DNA of 64,000 bases from Takakia lepidozioides (GCA_030704615.1 CM060731.1:42222001-42286000), one strand, 5' to 3'; numbered from the stretch's first letter, positions 1-14,000 are shown. Made by a program: numbers and translations. Notes: generated by a model from the letters alone, not told the origin.

Positions 1-2812
1 ATGGTGGGTCAGAATGTGGACACTAGGCAGAAATGCCAGAGGTTAAGGGTCAAGATTACAACTGTTTTCTTAAGGGTATATACGTATATACACCGGTTGT
101 ACTTAAAAACGGTTGATTCTATAGCAGAAAGGGATTGGTTATGCAGCTCACCATGTGGCGCATGACATTGAGAATGTTGGTGATGATGAGGTCCGGGCTG
201 ACATATAACGGCGTGAGACAATTCATTGCAAAAACTGGACAACCCAACACAAATGTCAAACTGCTTCCTTCCCCGTAGAAATAACTTCGGAGGGGTACAA
301 AAGAAGTTCCTGTGCAACAATTCTCCCATCCACTGGTGGTACACAAGGCACTTCGATATAATCTCAACGATAACAAAGGTTTGGCTTCAGAACTCCACCT
401 GATTTTACTCTGGACTTCGTGGACAAACCAGTAGGTCATTATTCATGAGTCTACTTTTGGCTTACAGTTTTAGTAAAGCCCCTAGTCTGGGGAACAAGAA
501 TTTCCAGGTGTAAAACATTGTTGACTTGGGAATGCATAAAAAAATTGGGATTTGCAATTGGAAACAAGGGTTCTAGTTAATGGTACATGATCTCCAGAAA
601 ACTGTACTGAGTCAAGAACCAAAGAACTCACAGCAGATGCCAAGAAACCATTGGGTGCAAGCTATGCGTGAACCCCAAAGTTGCCGGTTAATGATGCCGA
701 CCACACCACCTTCGAAGAAGTAGATCAATGGCAGTGTCAATGGGAAGAAAACATGGTAACCCAGCTCCTTACAAAATGTAAACCTGCATTCAAAAAATAT
801 ATAATAAGGTCATCTGCTTTAAGCAATTTAAGAGTCCTTAAATTTCCAGAAGAGGGGCTCTCAGTTTCTTTGAAGAGTGTGGAAATACCATCTAAAGTTC
901 TTGTACCATACACACATTTATCAGCATGGTGATTGGGCATCAGTCTCTATTTCTTCCTTCATTAATTTTGTCTACATGCTTCAGACCAGCTTCGATTGCT
1001 CAAGCTCATGACATGCACCGGGTTCTGACAGTTTTTAGTTTTTAAAAAAGATCTAACAAGGTTGCACAGCATATTGCTACAAGGGCATGACATCTGTGTA
1101 GTGGTTACACTTTTGCACCCTCTCTTAATAGATTGACTTTTTGTTTCCTGAAAGCCATTATGGTTTGGTATGAACCAGTCATGGGTACGCGTGTCCAGAT
1201 TTACAGGAGTTCATCCAAAAGCATGGTGTCTGATGGAGGCCCACTGAACCTGTCCTACTCTATACTGAGAACATGGCTCCTCCAGCATGGAGAAGTTGGT
1301 TCAGCAGCTGCTTTGATTTACAGATGAAACAAGACAAAGATACTTGTCCTCAACTTGGTGACTGCCCAGATGAGAAATGACTATTGCCACTACAAAGTGG
1401 TGTAAGATCCATGTAAGCACAAAACCCTGCCCGCCCAGCAATGTCGCTGAAATGAGTGAAATAAGGAGGTTTCACAGTCGTTCCTGCTGTTGAGGAGGCA
1501 CTTGCTAATTTTATGAATGAAGTGCTGGATACCTACCATTCAAACTCCACTTTGGCCTCGGATTCAAGCTTATGCAGAAAAGACGCGCGCTGAAACTGCT
1601 GGCAAAGACACTGCTTTTTCTCTGTAGCACCAACACTCTTCTGGTGCATTTCAGCTTCAGATTCCTCCTCGCCACCATCTCCATCACCCATGTCCTCCTG
1701 TGCTGCCGCTTCCAAATCCGTTGTCATATCTAGAGCTATGCCTATGGACTGTTCCAATATTCAGGGTCAATTAAACTCAGCAATTGAAGAATACTCCTTG
1801 CGTTCAACCTCTCAGCAGAGCAGGGGCCCACCCCTGCTATATGGCATGCACAGACCAAAACTTTCGACGAGGCCGCCACCCACTTCCTTGATAGCGGTCT
1901 GGTTAAATCCATCTATGTCGATAGTGCAAATTGCAGGAATGTGGTGTCTCCTGAGCAAACGAAGGAACCAACAGAATCTCAACCGAGCATTCTTCTTATT
2001 CTTGCTATATCCCCCTTACACAGGCAGTCTCTGTGTTACTCGTGATGTTGTCTGGCCTCCGGCAACATTCTAGACTGGAGCTGCAACCAGTGCAGTTACC
2101 AAACATATTGGCCAACACAATCAGGGATCCTAATCTTCAGGAACTTCCAAAGACTAATTTCTGCACTATTCACACAGTTGCCTCCTGCTCAGTCTATAAT
2201 CAGTTCACCCTGGTCAATGATGAACAGTACAAGATGGTCCTTTCTCAAATCTAGTGAGCCACCCATAGAAACTGGGACTGATACGCTGAGTAGACTAATG
2301 TAAGCTTAAATCTGGACACAATATATCTGAACAGCAAGCTTGAACTTTAGGGTGTTCGGTCATTTCAATGTGGGCCATAGAAGTGCGTCTCATTTGTCAG
2401 CTCAAACATTATAGGAAACAATCTGCCGGGAAACAATCCAAGAACGGTAACAACCCACACTGAGCAGGAGATATCTAGATGCATGAACTAGAGGAAAGTG
2501 CGGTTGACTCGCGAAAGGACACACGAAGTGTCCCCAGATTCCGGGATGCTGGAAGGAGATGACATCACTCACAACCTTCTCACCACCAGTTTGACGTCTG
2601 TTCCAAAATGAAATATCCATGGTGACGGCTTCTCTGACCCGGCATTACGAACGATGGAGGATCATGTTGAGGATTTGGTGAAAGTCTTGAATAACGCCGA
2701 ATACGTTGAGCTTATGAATATCTTAGAGATTCAACTTTTGCCTTGCCCAAAGTGTCTATGTAACTGGTGTATTGAAGCTCGCAGATGGGTAAGTAGTTTC
2801 TAGCAACGTAGG

Positions 2813-4155
2813 TTAGTGCAGTGAGATCTGAGCAAGAAGCATCCGGGAGAAGAGGATGAGGAGGCAGTCATGATATTTATGAAAGGGCAGTAGTGTCCTG
2901 CTGCGAATCCTGCTTACGCGCTTCGGCAAGTAAGCACCAACGGATTTAGGATTCAAACTTATGATGTACAACGAGACCTTTGTCTTGGAGGTCCCTACAG
3001 TACCTTTCGACAGAGCATAGCAGGTGGTTCGCAGATTTTTGTCATTCTTCATGCAGCTTAAGGGTGAAGGAGGCCATTGGGAGGAGAGATGAGTTGAGCT
3101 TACAGATTCCCCTCCCTCGGCGGTGGGCATTGGGGAAGGAGAGGGCATGGTCAAAACCTTGAGCAATGGGTTCTTGAGGCTTGAGAGAGGCATTAATTGA
3201 TATGGCCACGAAGTAGAATAGGTCTAAACGTGCCATACTTAGTTGAGGCAGATCCCTATTGTTAGACTAGGTGAAGTGAGGGTTGGTCCCTTGGTTGAGG
3301 GGTGAAAGAGAGAGAGTGAGCGAGAGAGTAGACTCCGGCCAGAGGCGACATAACTAAGAGCCACTTCGCCTTACGGCTATTGCCCCTTTCGGGGGTGGGC
3401 CCTATAAAGAAAACAGGTGTCTAGGGGACACCGGGTAACCAGGGGGAGGTAGTAAATAGGGTACCGCTGCCTAGGGTACCGCAGCCTAGGGTACTGCAGA
3501 GGGGTTGTACTCGAGTTGTCGCTTATTGGTGATGATGGCAGTGAGGGAGCGAAGCACGGTGAGGTGGATGGCTTTAGGCGAGGGGACAATCTCTGTCACA
3601 TGCAGGCTGTGGGTCTGCAAAAGGGATTGCCAAATGGCTTCTTTGTCAGGATAGAGGGGAGAGGTTTCAGATCCTCTCCTATCCAAGTCAGAATCTACCA
3701 TGTTGAAGTCGTCCGCAAGCAACCAATTATTTATGTCTAGCTTGTTGGACATCCTTTGTTTGATCATGTCCCAAAGAGACATACGTTCTATGGCAGAATT
3801 AGGAGCATATATATGTTCAAGAGGCCGAGGGGCTCGGGCTCACAGGGGAGTTGAAGAGAGCAAAATTGAAGTCTCCCCAGCTCCCACACTTCGTCTTTGA
3901 CAAGGTATTGCTTAAGGGAGGAGGAGAGGAGGATAGCAGTACCTCCCTAGAGCCTTCGGAGGAGGGCTTCCAAAGAGCAGATGCGAGGGGCCAGTGATTG
4001 TCAAATTTTGTTAATTTACTCAAGATTGAGTTTGTGTTCTTGCAGGAAGACTATAGTTTCCGTTGAAATAAGGGGAGCCGGCCATGCCCTCAGCTTGTTT
4101 TTCTTAGGGCAGCGTGATCAGAGCCAATTCCCCTTATGTTCCAAGAAGAAATACT
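2813..4155 (-). pseudogene. LINE ORF2 apurinic-like endonuclease domain, disrupted
   Basis: ORF fragments 3486-3782 and 3042-3236 carry EN motifs; interrupted by a ~290-bp insertion. Confidence 0.8.
3310..3600. mobile_element. ~290-bp insertion in LINE endonuclease, probably a truncated LTR fragment
   Basis: LINE frame LLQTHSLH / LSPLNQGTNPHFT is continuous if this block is removed; one end reads TGTGACA on the minus strand; contains 3 x 15-bp TAGGGTAC(C/T)GC repeats; no TSD found. Confidence 0.45.
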
Positions 4156-5638
4156 AACTTGCATTGTGTGGGTGTGTCAGGCTAAGCAGGGAATACTCAA
4201 ATGATGGCCTATCAGAAGGGAAATGGAATTTAGTCCTTTTGTCCGAGGGCAGAAGAAAAGATTGCCAACGGTGGTCGTTTGGAGCAGCTGCCACAACGTG
4301 GTTGAGCTCCATAGACATGAATAGGGTAGATTGATTGTTTTTGTAGAAGGTATCATCACCAGGAAGGGCTTGGAATCTAGAGCAAGGCACCCATCTAGTA
4401 TGGACGACTTTGGGTGCCTCTGAAAGCTGCATGAAAAAATCAAGAGAAGAGTATGAGCTTGAGCGGCACTGGGGTACTGATCAAGGGTAGACTGTCGGAG
4501 CCAAAGTTTATGGAGAAATCGTCGTCGGAAAGAGTGTAAGAAATGGATGGGAGGATCTTCCAGGAGGGGAAAGGGGGATCTGAATTCGACCCTTGTTGGG
4601 GTTAGAGGGGGAGGGGTGAAAAATGAGAAATGGAATGGTAATGGTTGATCGACTTACCGGATATTGGGGGGCGGCAGGTAGCCTGGCTAGGGAAGCGGCC
4701 GGTGTTGGCGAAGGAAGCAGTAAGGTCTTCGAGGAGTCCCCCTAGACTGTGGCAAAGTATCAGGGTGAAGGGGTTGAGTGGAGACCGGCGGCGGCTGAGA
4801 GCAGGGTTTTTTTTTTATAATGCACCTCCGTCTCCAGGATCGCATGCAGGATTGTAAATCCATTGTGCAAGGTATCTCTCGTTTTGATGAGGATCATCTT
4901 GTTGTTTGTGGGTGGTTGGTCAAAGGGAGCAGGTTGAAGCCATGCTCCTTTCAGGACCTTGTCCGAATAAACCAATTTTTTTTTCCTCCAGAAGTGCTAA
5001 GATCTGAGTAGATGGAGAGAGATTGACACCTAGGGCAGGGTGGTCTTCAATGTATGACCCCCAGGTGACCTTTACATGGGCTGACAATGAGTAATGAGGT
5101 AGTCTAATTAGTCTGCATGAATATGATGATTTTGTTTCTGAGAGTGGGGATTGGGTTGTTGTCCATGGAACATGTGGCCATGAAGATAGAAACATCTTGA
5201 TTAGAAATCCACATGGATTCCATGTTGAGGCCGTCATTTGCCGTCGCAAGGAAGGAGGAAGAGGGGTTTCTGCGGTAGATGAGTGGAGTGATGCAAGTAG
5301 CCTTAGGACCAGACAAAGATGTTTCCTACGAGTACCCCCGAAGACTAAGCGATGGGAAGGATTGCAGCTTGGTGTAGATCTTGGCCACCACCGGGTTGTA
5401 AGCAATCAGCGAAGAGACCGACATGGAAGCAAGGGCCTGGATGGCTGAGTGGACTTCGAACGACTACCCTAAGGATTAAGGGTTGAATTCCATGATTGGG
5501 TTGACCCAACTAAATAGTACTACCCTCACACTCCTGAACCTTGAGTAAAGAGCCACCTATTGCTTCCAACACCATGGGGTCCAGGTTTCTCTGCCAGGGA
5601 TTGCGGCTGGGGCTCCGCGGGAGGACGAAGGAAGCCAA

Positions 5639-7390
5639 TCAGGCAGAGGCTGGTTCCGGGAAAGCATGGCGGTCTTCTTCCTCGCTGGTTGTTTGACCCG
5701 AGGAGCATGAGATCTGGTCAATCAGAGTAGGAATGGGGCCTTGGACAGGGGCAGATTGGGAGTCTGTCTCCTGAGAAGGGCGAGCCTTTTTTTTCCTAGC
5801 TTTGAGACAGTCGGATTTAAGGTGACCAATGTGTCCACAAAAATAACAAGTCATACATGATGTGTCTTTGGATAATTTGACAGAGAAAAAATTTCCTTCC
5901 TTATCGATAGGAAGACGAATTTTGAAATAACAGCATCATCAAGCATCATGACTACAATTTTTGCAAAACCTGATTCTTGAGCCCTGGAGGAAATAGTGGC
6001 TCCCCTCCAGATATGATCTTTCTTTAAAGCATCTGAGCACATGTGAGCACTACAACAGATCGCGCTTTTTGTCACTGTATATATGTCTATCATGCAGTCA
6101 CAAATGGTACAAATGACTTCTATGACTATAAGTCGTGCAAACCATGTGAATAGAATGACTATAGTTGGGTGAACCAAATGATATCTCTCATTGCACTCAT
6201 ATATACCATACTGCAGTCGCCGTTGACATGCCACGTGGTGAGGCACAATTGCTTAAATATATTTATTTATTTATTTTTTTAAAAAAGTTTTAAAAATATA
6301 TATAGTAAACGCTCCATCACACCGCGTTGCGCCACGTGGCATAATGCATTTTTATAATAATAATAATAATAACACGGGACAGCCCATCTAGGTGTCATGT
6401 GCCATCCTTAGCTCATCTACTAACCCTAGGGTCATCATATCCATTTGATTGTACTTGGAGGAGTTTGAACCCGCAACCTCTTTGTTATAAAAATTATAGT
6501 TTACTACTTGCTAACCAATACACCCATTACTTATTCATATGACCTTATGATATTTTAATTGTATTATATATATATCAAATGACAAAATCCCTAGTAGTCC
6601 TCATGACTATGTAACCTCATCCATGTACACTGTAGTCATGGAATGAGTGATAAGTTAAATCTGGTCAATTGTCGTTGACCAGCCTTCCGCTCATTCCGGA
6701 GCCATGTAGTCATACATACGACTAGTCAGACAGACGTTCATATGACTACAGTCATATGAACGACTGTGGGAGATCAATTTCATATTAAAACATGGTGCAG
6801 TCATGGTCATAGTCACAAAAACCATGACTACCGCGGGTTGGCAGTCATAACTACAGCGATCTGTTGTACTAGTGGAGGATCAAATATTACTAGGGAACCT
6901 AGATACACCCCTAAAAAGTCCCAATTTTCGGGAGGTTTGAAGAGGTACATGTAATGCATAACATGATTCTAGGACTCCAGACTTTCTCATTCTTGTTGCC
7001 CATTGTGCTTGACCAAGGGAAGATATTCACATTAAATCCTGCCAAGTGTGGGTTGAAATAGAGGGCTTTTTCTTCAGCCTCCTTAGTTTCAAGCAAGACA
7101 AAAAAAAAAAACCTCCCTCTTGTGTGGCAGAAGTGCTGCTTAAGGTCTCCTAACCTTCCCAAATGCCTGATAGCCCAATTTCTCGCATAAGCCTTGTCGA
7201 CCTTTCTACCTGGGAAGTGGAGTAAAACCCATTTTTCCTTGATGTCGACAATCATGTTGTTAAGCTTGGCAACATCCATATTGATAAGAGGATGGTCTTT
7301 GCTCATCGCGGCCTTTTGCAGCTCGAAGACTGCATCCTCCAGCTGATCGGACGATGGATCATCCATACCTGGGGGAGGTGGGGAGCCCAA
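5639..7390 (-). pseudogene. LINE ORF1 (DUF4283-like region + zinc knuckle), split by CACTA insertion
   Basis: ORFs 6911-7390 (..RGRFFFFVLLETKEAEEKAL..NIFPWS) and 5639-5854 (CX2CX4HX4C). Confidence 0.75.
6048..6874. mobile_element. Non-autonomous CACTA (En/Spm) element, 827 bp
   Basis: Left end CACTACAACAGATCGC, right end GCGATCTGTTG-TAC-TAGTG (3-nt extra); 3-bp TSD GAG at 6045-6047 and 6875-6877; many subterminal CATGACTA/TAGTCATG motifs. Confidence 0.92.
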
Positions 7391-8642
7391 ACGGCTATTA
7401 CCCGAGATGCCTCATGTTGGCAGAGAAGCTAAGGGAGGAGAGAGAACCTAGTCAAGGGTGTGTTGGGGTCCCAGAGGATTACGGCCAGCGGGTCCTACAA
7501 CATCCGAAGGACAATGACCAAGGGCCAACGCATGATATGCCTGGAAGTACCCAATGCCCATAGAGTGCAATGCCGCTCGGATTGGCAAGCTGGCAATCGA
7601 TCTGCTCTGCAATCGGGTCCAGGGAGCGCCTTGAAGGGATCTCTGAGGAGGCCCCATAATTGTCGAAGAGAGAAGACAAGAAGGCAAGACTAAAACATGA
7701 GAAGGAGAGAAGGCGATGAGTGCAGAGAGCGGAAATAGAGACAAATCGACAACTAACACAATTCGAAAGAACGAAGGGATAGTGGGAAGGGGACAGACAG
7801 AGGGAACACATAAATCCGACAGGACCTGGACTGAAACAAACAATGGAGTCTATGCGCACCGAGACATTACAGAGGAACAACATAAGACTGAAGGAGCGGG
7901 AAGTGAAAGGTGACAGGGGAGGGAGCGTTAGTGTGGCGGCTGGGGGGTTGATTAGCTCGTGCCCAGCCGGCTGCTATTGATGGGGAAATGATGAAATCTG
8001 CTGAATGGGCAGAGCATGGGGGGAGGTATTACATCGAGGTTGGGATGAAGAGGAATTTGATCACTCAAAGGCGGCAGGGATTAAAAGGAGACCTGCTTGG
8101 GATCACTATCAAAGGAAAGGCCTCATGGATTGTCTTTTGGGATGAAGGAGACCTTCATCAACACACAAAGAAAAGGAAGTTTGTTGGAACACGGCCCAGT
8201 GACAAAAAATCGCTATCAAAGTGTCTCCGAGAGTGCAGGCTCGAGAGTTGAAAGAGAAGCGAGTGTAGAAGCCACAATAAGATGTAGGTAGGAAAAGATC
8301 ATTCTTGGGGAAGTTTCCCCTCAGTAAGCCTTCACAGACTCTACAGTGGTTATTTTTTCCACTAATGTGACCTTTATATCTTATTTAATTTGATTAAAAA
8401 GGCCTATGTCCCCTTTCTTTGAAAAATAAAAAATAAAAAATAAAAAAATCCTTGTGAGCAATTTCACAGTCGTTGATAAAAAGCACAAGAGTCTTTCTTA
8501 TTTATTAATTTGATTAAAAGGGCCTCCGTCCCCTTTCTAAACAAGACGAGTTTGGAGAGAGAAGTTAATATGTTCCATATATATATATATGATAGATAAA
8601 AATAGGAGTCGTATTTTTTGAATAAATGGGGGAGGAGCATAC

Positions 8643-8820
8643 CAGTGTTGGGTGGTTATTTGATTTTTTTCATAACCGGCGGTTCCGGTTGCTTCAAATT
8701 TTAGAAAACTATTAACCTGCGGTTGCAGTTATTAAATTTTTACAGGCTAGATATAACCTGCCAGTTACGGTTACTTGCAAAAACCTCAAATAACCGTAGG
8801 TATTGGGCGGTTCTTTAAGA
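8643..8820 (+). mobile_element. Probable hAT-type terminal fragment
   Basis: Begins CAGTGTTGGG followed by repeated AACC.GCGGTT / ATAACC subterminal motifs; matching end and TSD not found. Confidence 0.4.
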
Positions 8821-9357
8821 GGTTTTTTGCTTGTCTATCTGATGAGCCCATGGAGTCTGACGTTAATTGGCCTCAAAAGCGCACTACTAGGAAGGGCAAG
8901 TCTAAAGCTCACATCTCTGTCGATTCCTCTAGGCATTAGAACTCGAGCTTCTCATGTTGCTTAGCTGAGGAACCAATTCTATAGCTTCTTGCAGCCCTTC
9001 GAGCTTCTAGTGTTTCTTAGCTGCGGAATCTACTCATCCATAGCTTCTTGCAGCCTTCTCGGTTCTAGGTCACGGGGCGGTGCCCCCTTTTTCATCATCA
9101 TGGTTTGTAATTCGAGGTTATTTTTTCTTCATTTATTGGCTCATCCCTATAAGGGAGAAACCACGCATTGGTGCCAAAAATGAGTAAGATCCTGATATAC
9201 CTCCACTAGATAGTACTTACATGAAGCAGATAATCCTCCCCCACTTAAATGTGTTTTAATCTCTGCCTGCTCAGCTGCGCTATGGTGGTCAATCAGACAT
9301 TACCTTACTACAGACACAAGCAGCACACACAAGAGGTCCTTTTGGGTTGATGGTCGG

Positions 9358-9980
9358 TGTCACGGACATAGCCCAGAAGAACTTACCAGGAGTAAATACC
9401 AGAAGTTATCATGATTTACCGTGATTTACTATGATCTACCATGATTTACCATTAGTTACCAAGTTATCGAAAGTTTACCAAATTACCAAGAGTAACTTGG
9501 GAAACTGCTCAGGAAGCTTCATTTGGAGGAAACTTCTCCATCAAGATACCTCATTTGTTAAAGGAAGCTTTTCCATCAAGAAACCTTTGTTTAATCTTGG
9601 AAACTTCTCCTTCAAGAAACCTCTATAGGGGAAGCTTCTTATGGAACTTCTTAGTAGCCAGTATATACAGAAAGCGAGACTGGACACTCTTCAGTCTCGC
9701 CGACACAAGTTCAAGCTACTCTTGTTCCCAGTCCCAGTACTTCAGTCCAGCTTCTAGTACTCTAGTCCAGTTTCCAGTATCTGGTACCTCAGTTCAGTTT
9801 CCAGCATTCCAGTATTCGAGTCGAGTTCCAGTATCTTGTACTCTTGTCCATTGTTATAAAGATCATCTTGATTCATATTTACCCACCATGCACTCGGCCA
9901 TGCCGACCTTACTTCTTGTCTAGTCTTGTACCTCTAGTCTAATCTCTTGTTTGTGTTCAGTCATGTTCTCGTCCTTGACA
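9358..9980 (+). repeat. 5' LTR (623 bp)
   Basis: TGTCACGGACATAGCCCA...GTCCTTGACA; TATA at 9662; direct repeat of 15153-15713 with indels. Confidence 0.95.
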
Positions 9981-9982
9981 GT

Positions 9983-9994
9983 TTGGCGAGACTG
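9983..9994 (+). promoter_or_regulatory. Primer-binding site, self-priming type
   Basis: GGCGAGACTG (9985-9994) is the reverse complement of CAGTCTCGCC (9692-9701), 30 nt downstream of the LTR TATA box. Confidence 0.75.
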
Positions 9995-10018
9995 CAGTTT
10001 GTTCCTTAGTTAGTTAAG

Positions 10019-11059
10019 ATGGAAGGCACATTTGCGGAAATGGTCGCCACATTGCAGAGTCTTCAGCTCCAGATGCAAGAACTTCGTACCTCTATTGCCC
10101 AACTACAAGCTGATCAGTCTCAAGATCTTGGCAACGCTCTCAACAATTTGCAACAACAAATTTCAGAGTTGAAGGAGTCGAACAATGGATCTTCAACCTT
10201 ACGAGTCTCTACTACAACAAATCCTACTGCAACGGTTCCTCCAAATCTTCAATAAATTACAAGGGAACCAAAGGTCAGCATGCCCGAGAAATTTGATGGA
10301 ACGAGATCAAGATTTCGCGGTTTTTTCAACAAGTACGATTGTTCCTACGACTACATCCACAACGCTACCCTGATGAAGGTATTCAAGTGGGATTCGTGGG
10401 CACCCTTCTATCAGACACTGCCCTATCTTGGTTTGCACCGCTATTAGAGAAAAATTCGCATTTACTATACAATTTTGAAGCGTTCATGTCCGAGTTCACT
10501 GTAACGTTTGGAGAGAATGACATAGAGAGAGTGGAAGAGACAAAGATGCGAAATCTTCGACAAGGAGCACGTCCAGCTTCCGTTTATGCTGCCGAATTTC
10601 GACAACTTGCGTGCGACCTCGACTGGAATGAGAAGAGCCTCATTAGTCAGTTTCGATGTGGCCTAAAAGATGATGTAAAAGATTTGTTGCTAACAATGCC
10701 AAACGTGAGTACACTGAGCGAATTCATCACCCAAGTCATTGCATGCGATAATCGTTTGTTCGAAAGACGTCAAGAAAAGCGATCTGGATGGTCGACGACG
10801 CACCATGCCGCTGTTACTACGGCACCAAACACAACGACAGACATCCGGTAATAATCCTATGCAGATTGATGTTGTCCGATTCAAGCCATTGACGCCACAA
10901 GAAAAACACAGACGGCGCTCGAATGAATTATGTCTTTATTGCGGAGAAGATGATCACATAGCATTAAACTGCCCCAACAAGAGAAGATTCAAAGTTCGGG
11001 GCACAACTCAAGTATTCGATACGAGGAGGTCGGAAAACGAAGATGTCCAGTCACAGTAA
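10019..11059 (+). pseudogene. gag: Gag (PEG10/sushi-like capsid + CCHC knuckle), frameshifted
   Basis: PEKFDG, LRQGARPASVYAAEFRQLA, FRCGLKDDVKD, PMQID, LCLYCGEDDHIALNC. Confidence 0.9.
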
Positions 11060-14000
11060 GGACCATGCGGCTAGACACCCCAAATTCCTCACAAAAAAAA
11101 AGTCTTTTTCTACCTCCAGACCCTGTACATTGTTTCACAGTTCCAGTAAAAATTAGGATGCAAAATCGAGATATCTCCATAGAAACACTTTTGGACTCGG
11201 GCGCTTCAGCGTGTTTTATTGACAAAACTTTACGAAGCGACACAATTTAACGCTCGTAAAGAAGAAATTATCGGCCCCTGTTGAGGTCATCGATGGACGA
11301 CCGTTAGCATCAAGAAATATTAACCATGAAACTCAACCCCTTGAAGTGAAGCTTAAAAATCAAGCATCACATATTGTTTTCAATGTCATTCAGTCTCCAA
11401 CAAATCTTGTGATCCTTGGACTTCCCTGGTTTGTACTTCATAATCTTGACATCGACTGGCGATCACGAAAAATTTCGGCAAGACAAAAATGCAAAAGTAC
11501 CAAATGTATTCAACCCATGTTTCTTGGAGCTAGACCCTCATGAGAGCTACGAAGAAAGACGCGACATTTGCACTTTATGCGACTCCGATCAAAACCACAA
11601 CAGACCAAGGTACTTCGACATTACCCACTCAATATCAAGATTTCAAGGATGTTTTCGAAAAAAAAAATGCAGACATGTTGCCAGAACATCGACCTTATGA
11701 TTGTGCAATTGAGTTACAAGAAGAAGCTCAACCACCATTCGGCCCGATCTACAATTTATCTCAGACGGAGCTGGCTGCTTTATGCGAATGCATTGATGGA
11801 AATTTGTCAAAGTATTTCATTCGACATTCGAAATCACCCGCGGGAGCACCTATCTTATTTGCGAAAAAGAATGACGGATCGTTACGCATGTGTGTGGACT
11901 ATCGTGGGCTTAATAAAGTCACTATAAAAAATCGTTATACGCTACCGCTGATTTCTGGACTCCTTGAACAACTTGGACGAGCAAATTTTTTCACAAAGAT
12001 CGACTTGAGATAAGCTTACAACCTTGTAAGAATAAAAGAATGAGACGAATGGAAGACTGTTTTTCGCACAAGGTATGGACATTCCGAATACAGTGTTATG
12101 CCTTTCGGTCTTACAAATACTCCAGTAATTTTTCAACACATGATGAATGACATCTTTCGAGAATTTTTAGATGACTTTGTAGTCATCTATTTGGACGACA
12201 TTTTGATATTTTCACAAAATGAAGAAGAACATGGTCGTCATGTACGCCTTGTCCTTGATAAATTGAGGGAAAAATGACTATATGTCAAGTTAGAAAAATG
12301 TCTTTCCACCAATCTGAAGTCGAATTTTTGGGCTACATTATTTCCGACAAATGAGTCTTTATGGATCAGAAGAAAATGCAAACCATCATCGAGTGGATTA
12401 AACCAACTTCGGTCCGAGATGTACAATGTTTTTTAGGATTTGCAAATTTCTATAGAATCTTTATCAATGACTACTTCAAAATTCACCATTGACACGACTC
12501 ACAGGGAATGACAAATTTGTATAGGACGAGAAAGCTGACCAAGCATTTGAAAGGCTGAAGCAGACATTTACAACGGCTCCAATATTGGTATATGCAGACC
12601 CATCTAAACCATTCTTTTTGGAAGCAGATGCATCAGACTTTGCACTTGGCGCGGTACTCTCTCAATACGGTACAGATGGCCGACTTCACCTTGTTAGTTT
12701 TCGTTCTCGCAAATTTTCCGCTGCGGAGATCAATTATGAAATCCATGACAAAGAACTTCTAGCAATTATCGATGCTTTTGAGGAGTGGCGTCAACTATTG
12801 GAGGGAGCTAAACATCAGGTCACTGTCTATACCGATCACAAAAACCTCGAGTATTTTATGAGTGCTCGTGTTTTGAATCGACGTCAAGCGAGATGGAGTA
12901 TGTCACTAGCAAGGTTTGATTTTGTTATTACCTACCGTCCCGAACATCTTCAAGGAAAACCAGATGCTCTTTCCCGACGATCGTATCTTGCGCCAAAAGA
13001 AGGGGATGCAACTTTTGACTAACAGAAATCCATCATCTTGAAACCAGCAAATCTCCAATTGAATATGCTATCCATGTCCACCTATGACGATGCAGAGATC
13101 ATAAAAGAGATTCAGAAAGCACTAAAAAACGACCAATTTGCTACGACAGTACGAAGTCAACTAAATCGACCTCGAGACAATCCACATGTTACAAACGACT
13201 TCAAATTCAAATATGACTTACTTTATTTCAAGGGACTTCTCTATGTACCTCCAGGACCTACACGACTGCGAATTCTTCAAACATGTCATGATCTTCCGGC
13301 TGCAGGACATTTCGGCTTCAATAAAACAATGGAATTGATATCCAGGGACTATTGGTGGCCGCAGATGTGGAAACTCGTGAAATAATTTATAAAATCTTGC
13401 GACACATGTGCTAGAGCGAAGGGACCACGACATCGACCTTACGGCCTTCTTCAACCATTCCTCATTCCCAAGGGTCCATGGTCGTCCGTGTCTATGGACT
13501 TTATTACGGACCTTTCAAATTTCTAAGACCACCGATTCAATCTTTGTTATTGTAGATCGTTTTACGAAGATGACACATTTCATTCCATGTAATAAGACGG
13601 TTACCGGCGAGGAAACTGCAAGACTCTTCCGCAATAATATCTACCGCATTCATGGACTCCCGAAGGACATTGTATCTGATCGAGGACCACAGTTCATATC
13701 GAATTTATGGAGGGGATTATTTCACATATTGGATACTAAGATCAACTTCTCTACAGCTAATCCCACAGACTGATGGTCAAACCAAACGTGTAAACCAGAT
13801 TTTGGAACAGTATCTTCGCTGTACGATAAATTATCACCAAGATAATTGGACGGACCTTCTATCATTGGCTGAGTTTGCCTACAACAACACTATACATTCT
13901 TCGACGAAGCAAATTCCATTTTTCTCCAATTATGGTCATCATCCTCGAGCAAACCCTTTCCACATTAAGACTGTTGGAAGCCCTGCTGCAGAAAACCTTG

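Larger units (their letters stand above)
2730..7400 (-). mobile_element. Decayed L1/Tx1-type LINE (ORF1 + endonuclease part of ORF2; RT missing, 3'-truncated); boundaries approximate
   Basis: Minus strand shows ORF1-like N-terminus (6911-7390), CCHC knuckle CYFCGHIGHLKSDC (~5810-5850), then AP-endonuclease motifs SWNIRG (~4130-4150), FLQEHKL, YAPN, WLLADDFN..DR, FT(W)SN, ARLD.FY, GRG.(W)KLN; multiple stops and frameshifts. Confidence 0.85.

Noticed and set aside
1-2730. Possible decayed plus-strand gene (acidic, coding-like patches)
   Set aside because: Many stops, no motif I can recognise, no supportable gene model
7400-8350. ORFs upstream of LINE ORF1
   Set aside because: Low-complexity or short frames with no identifiable motif; probably LINE 5' UTR and unrelated debris
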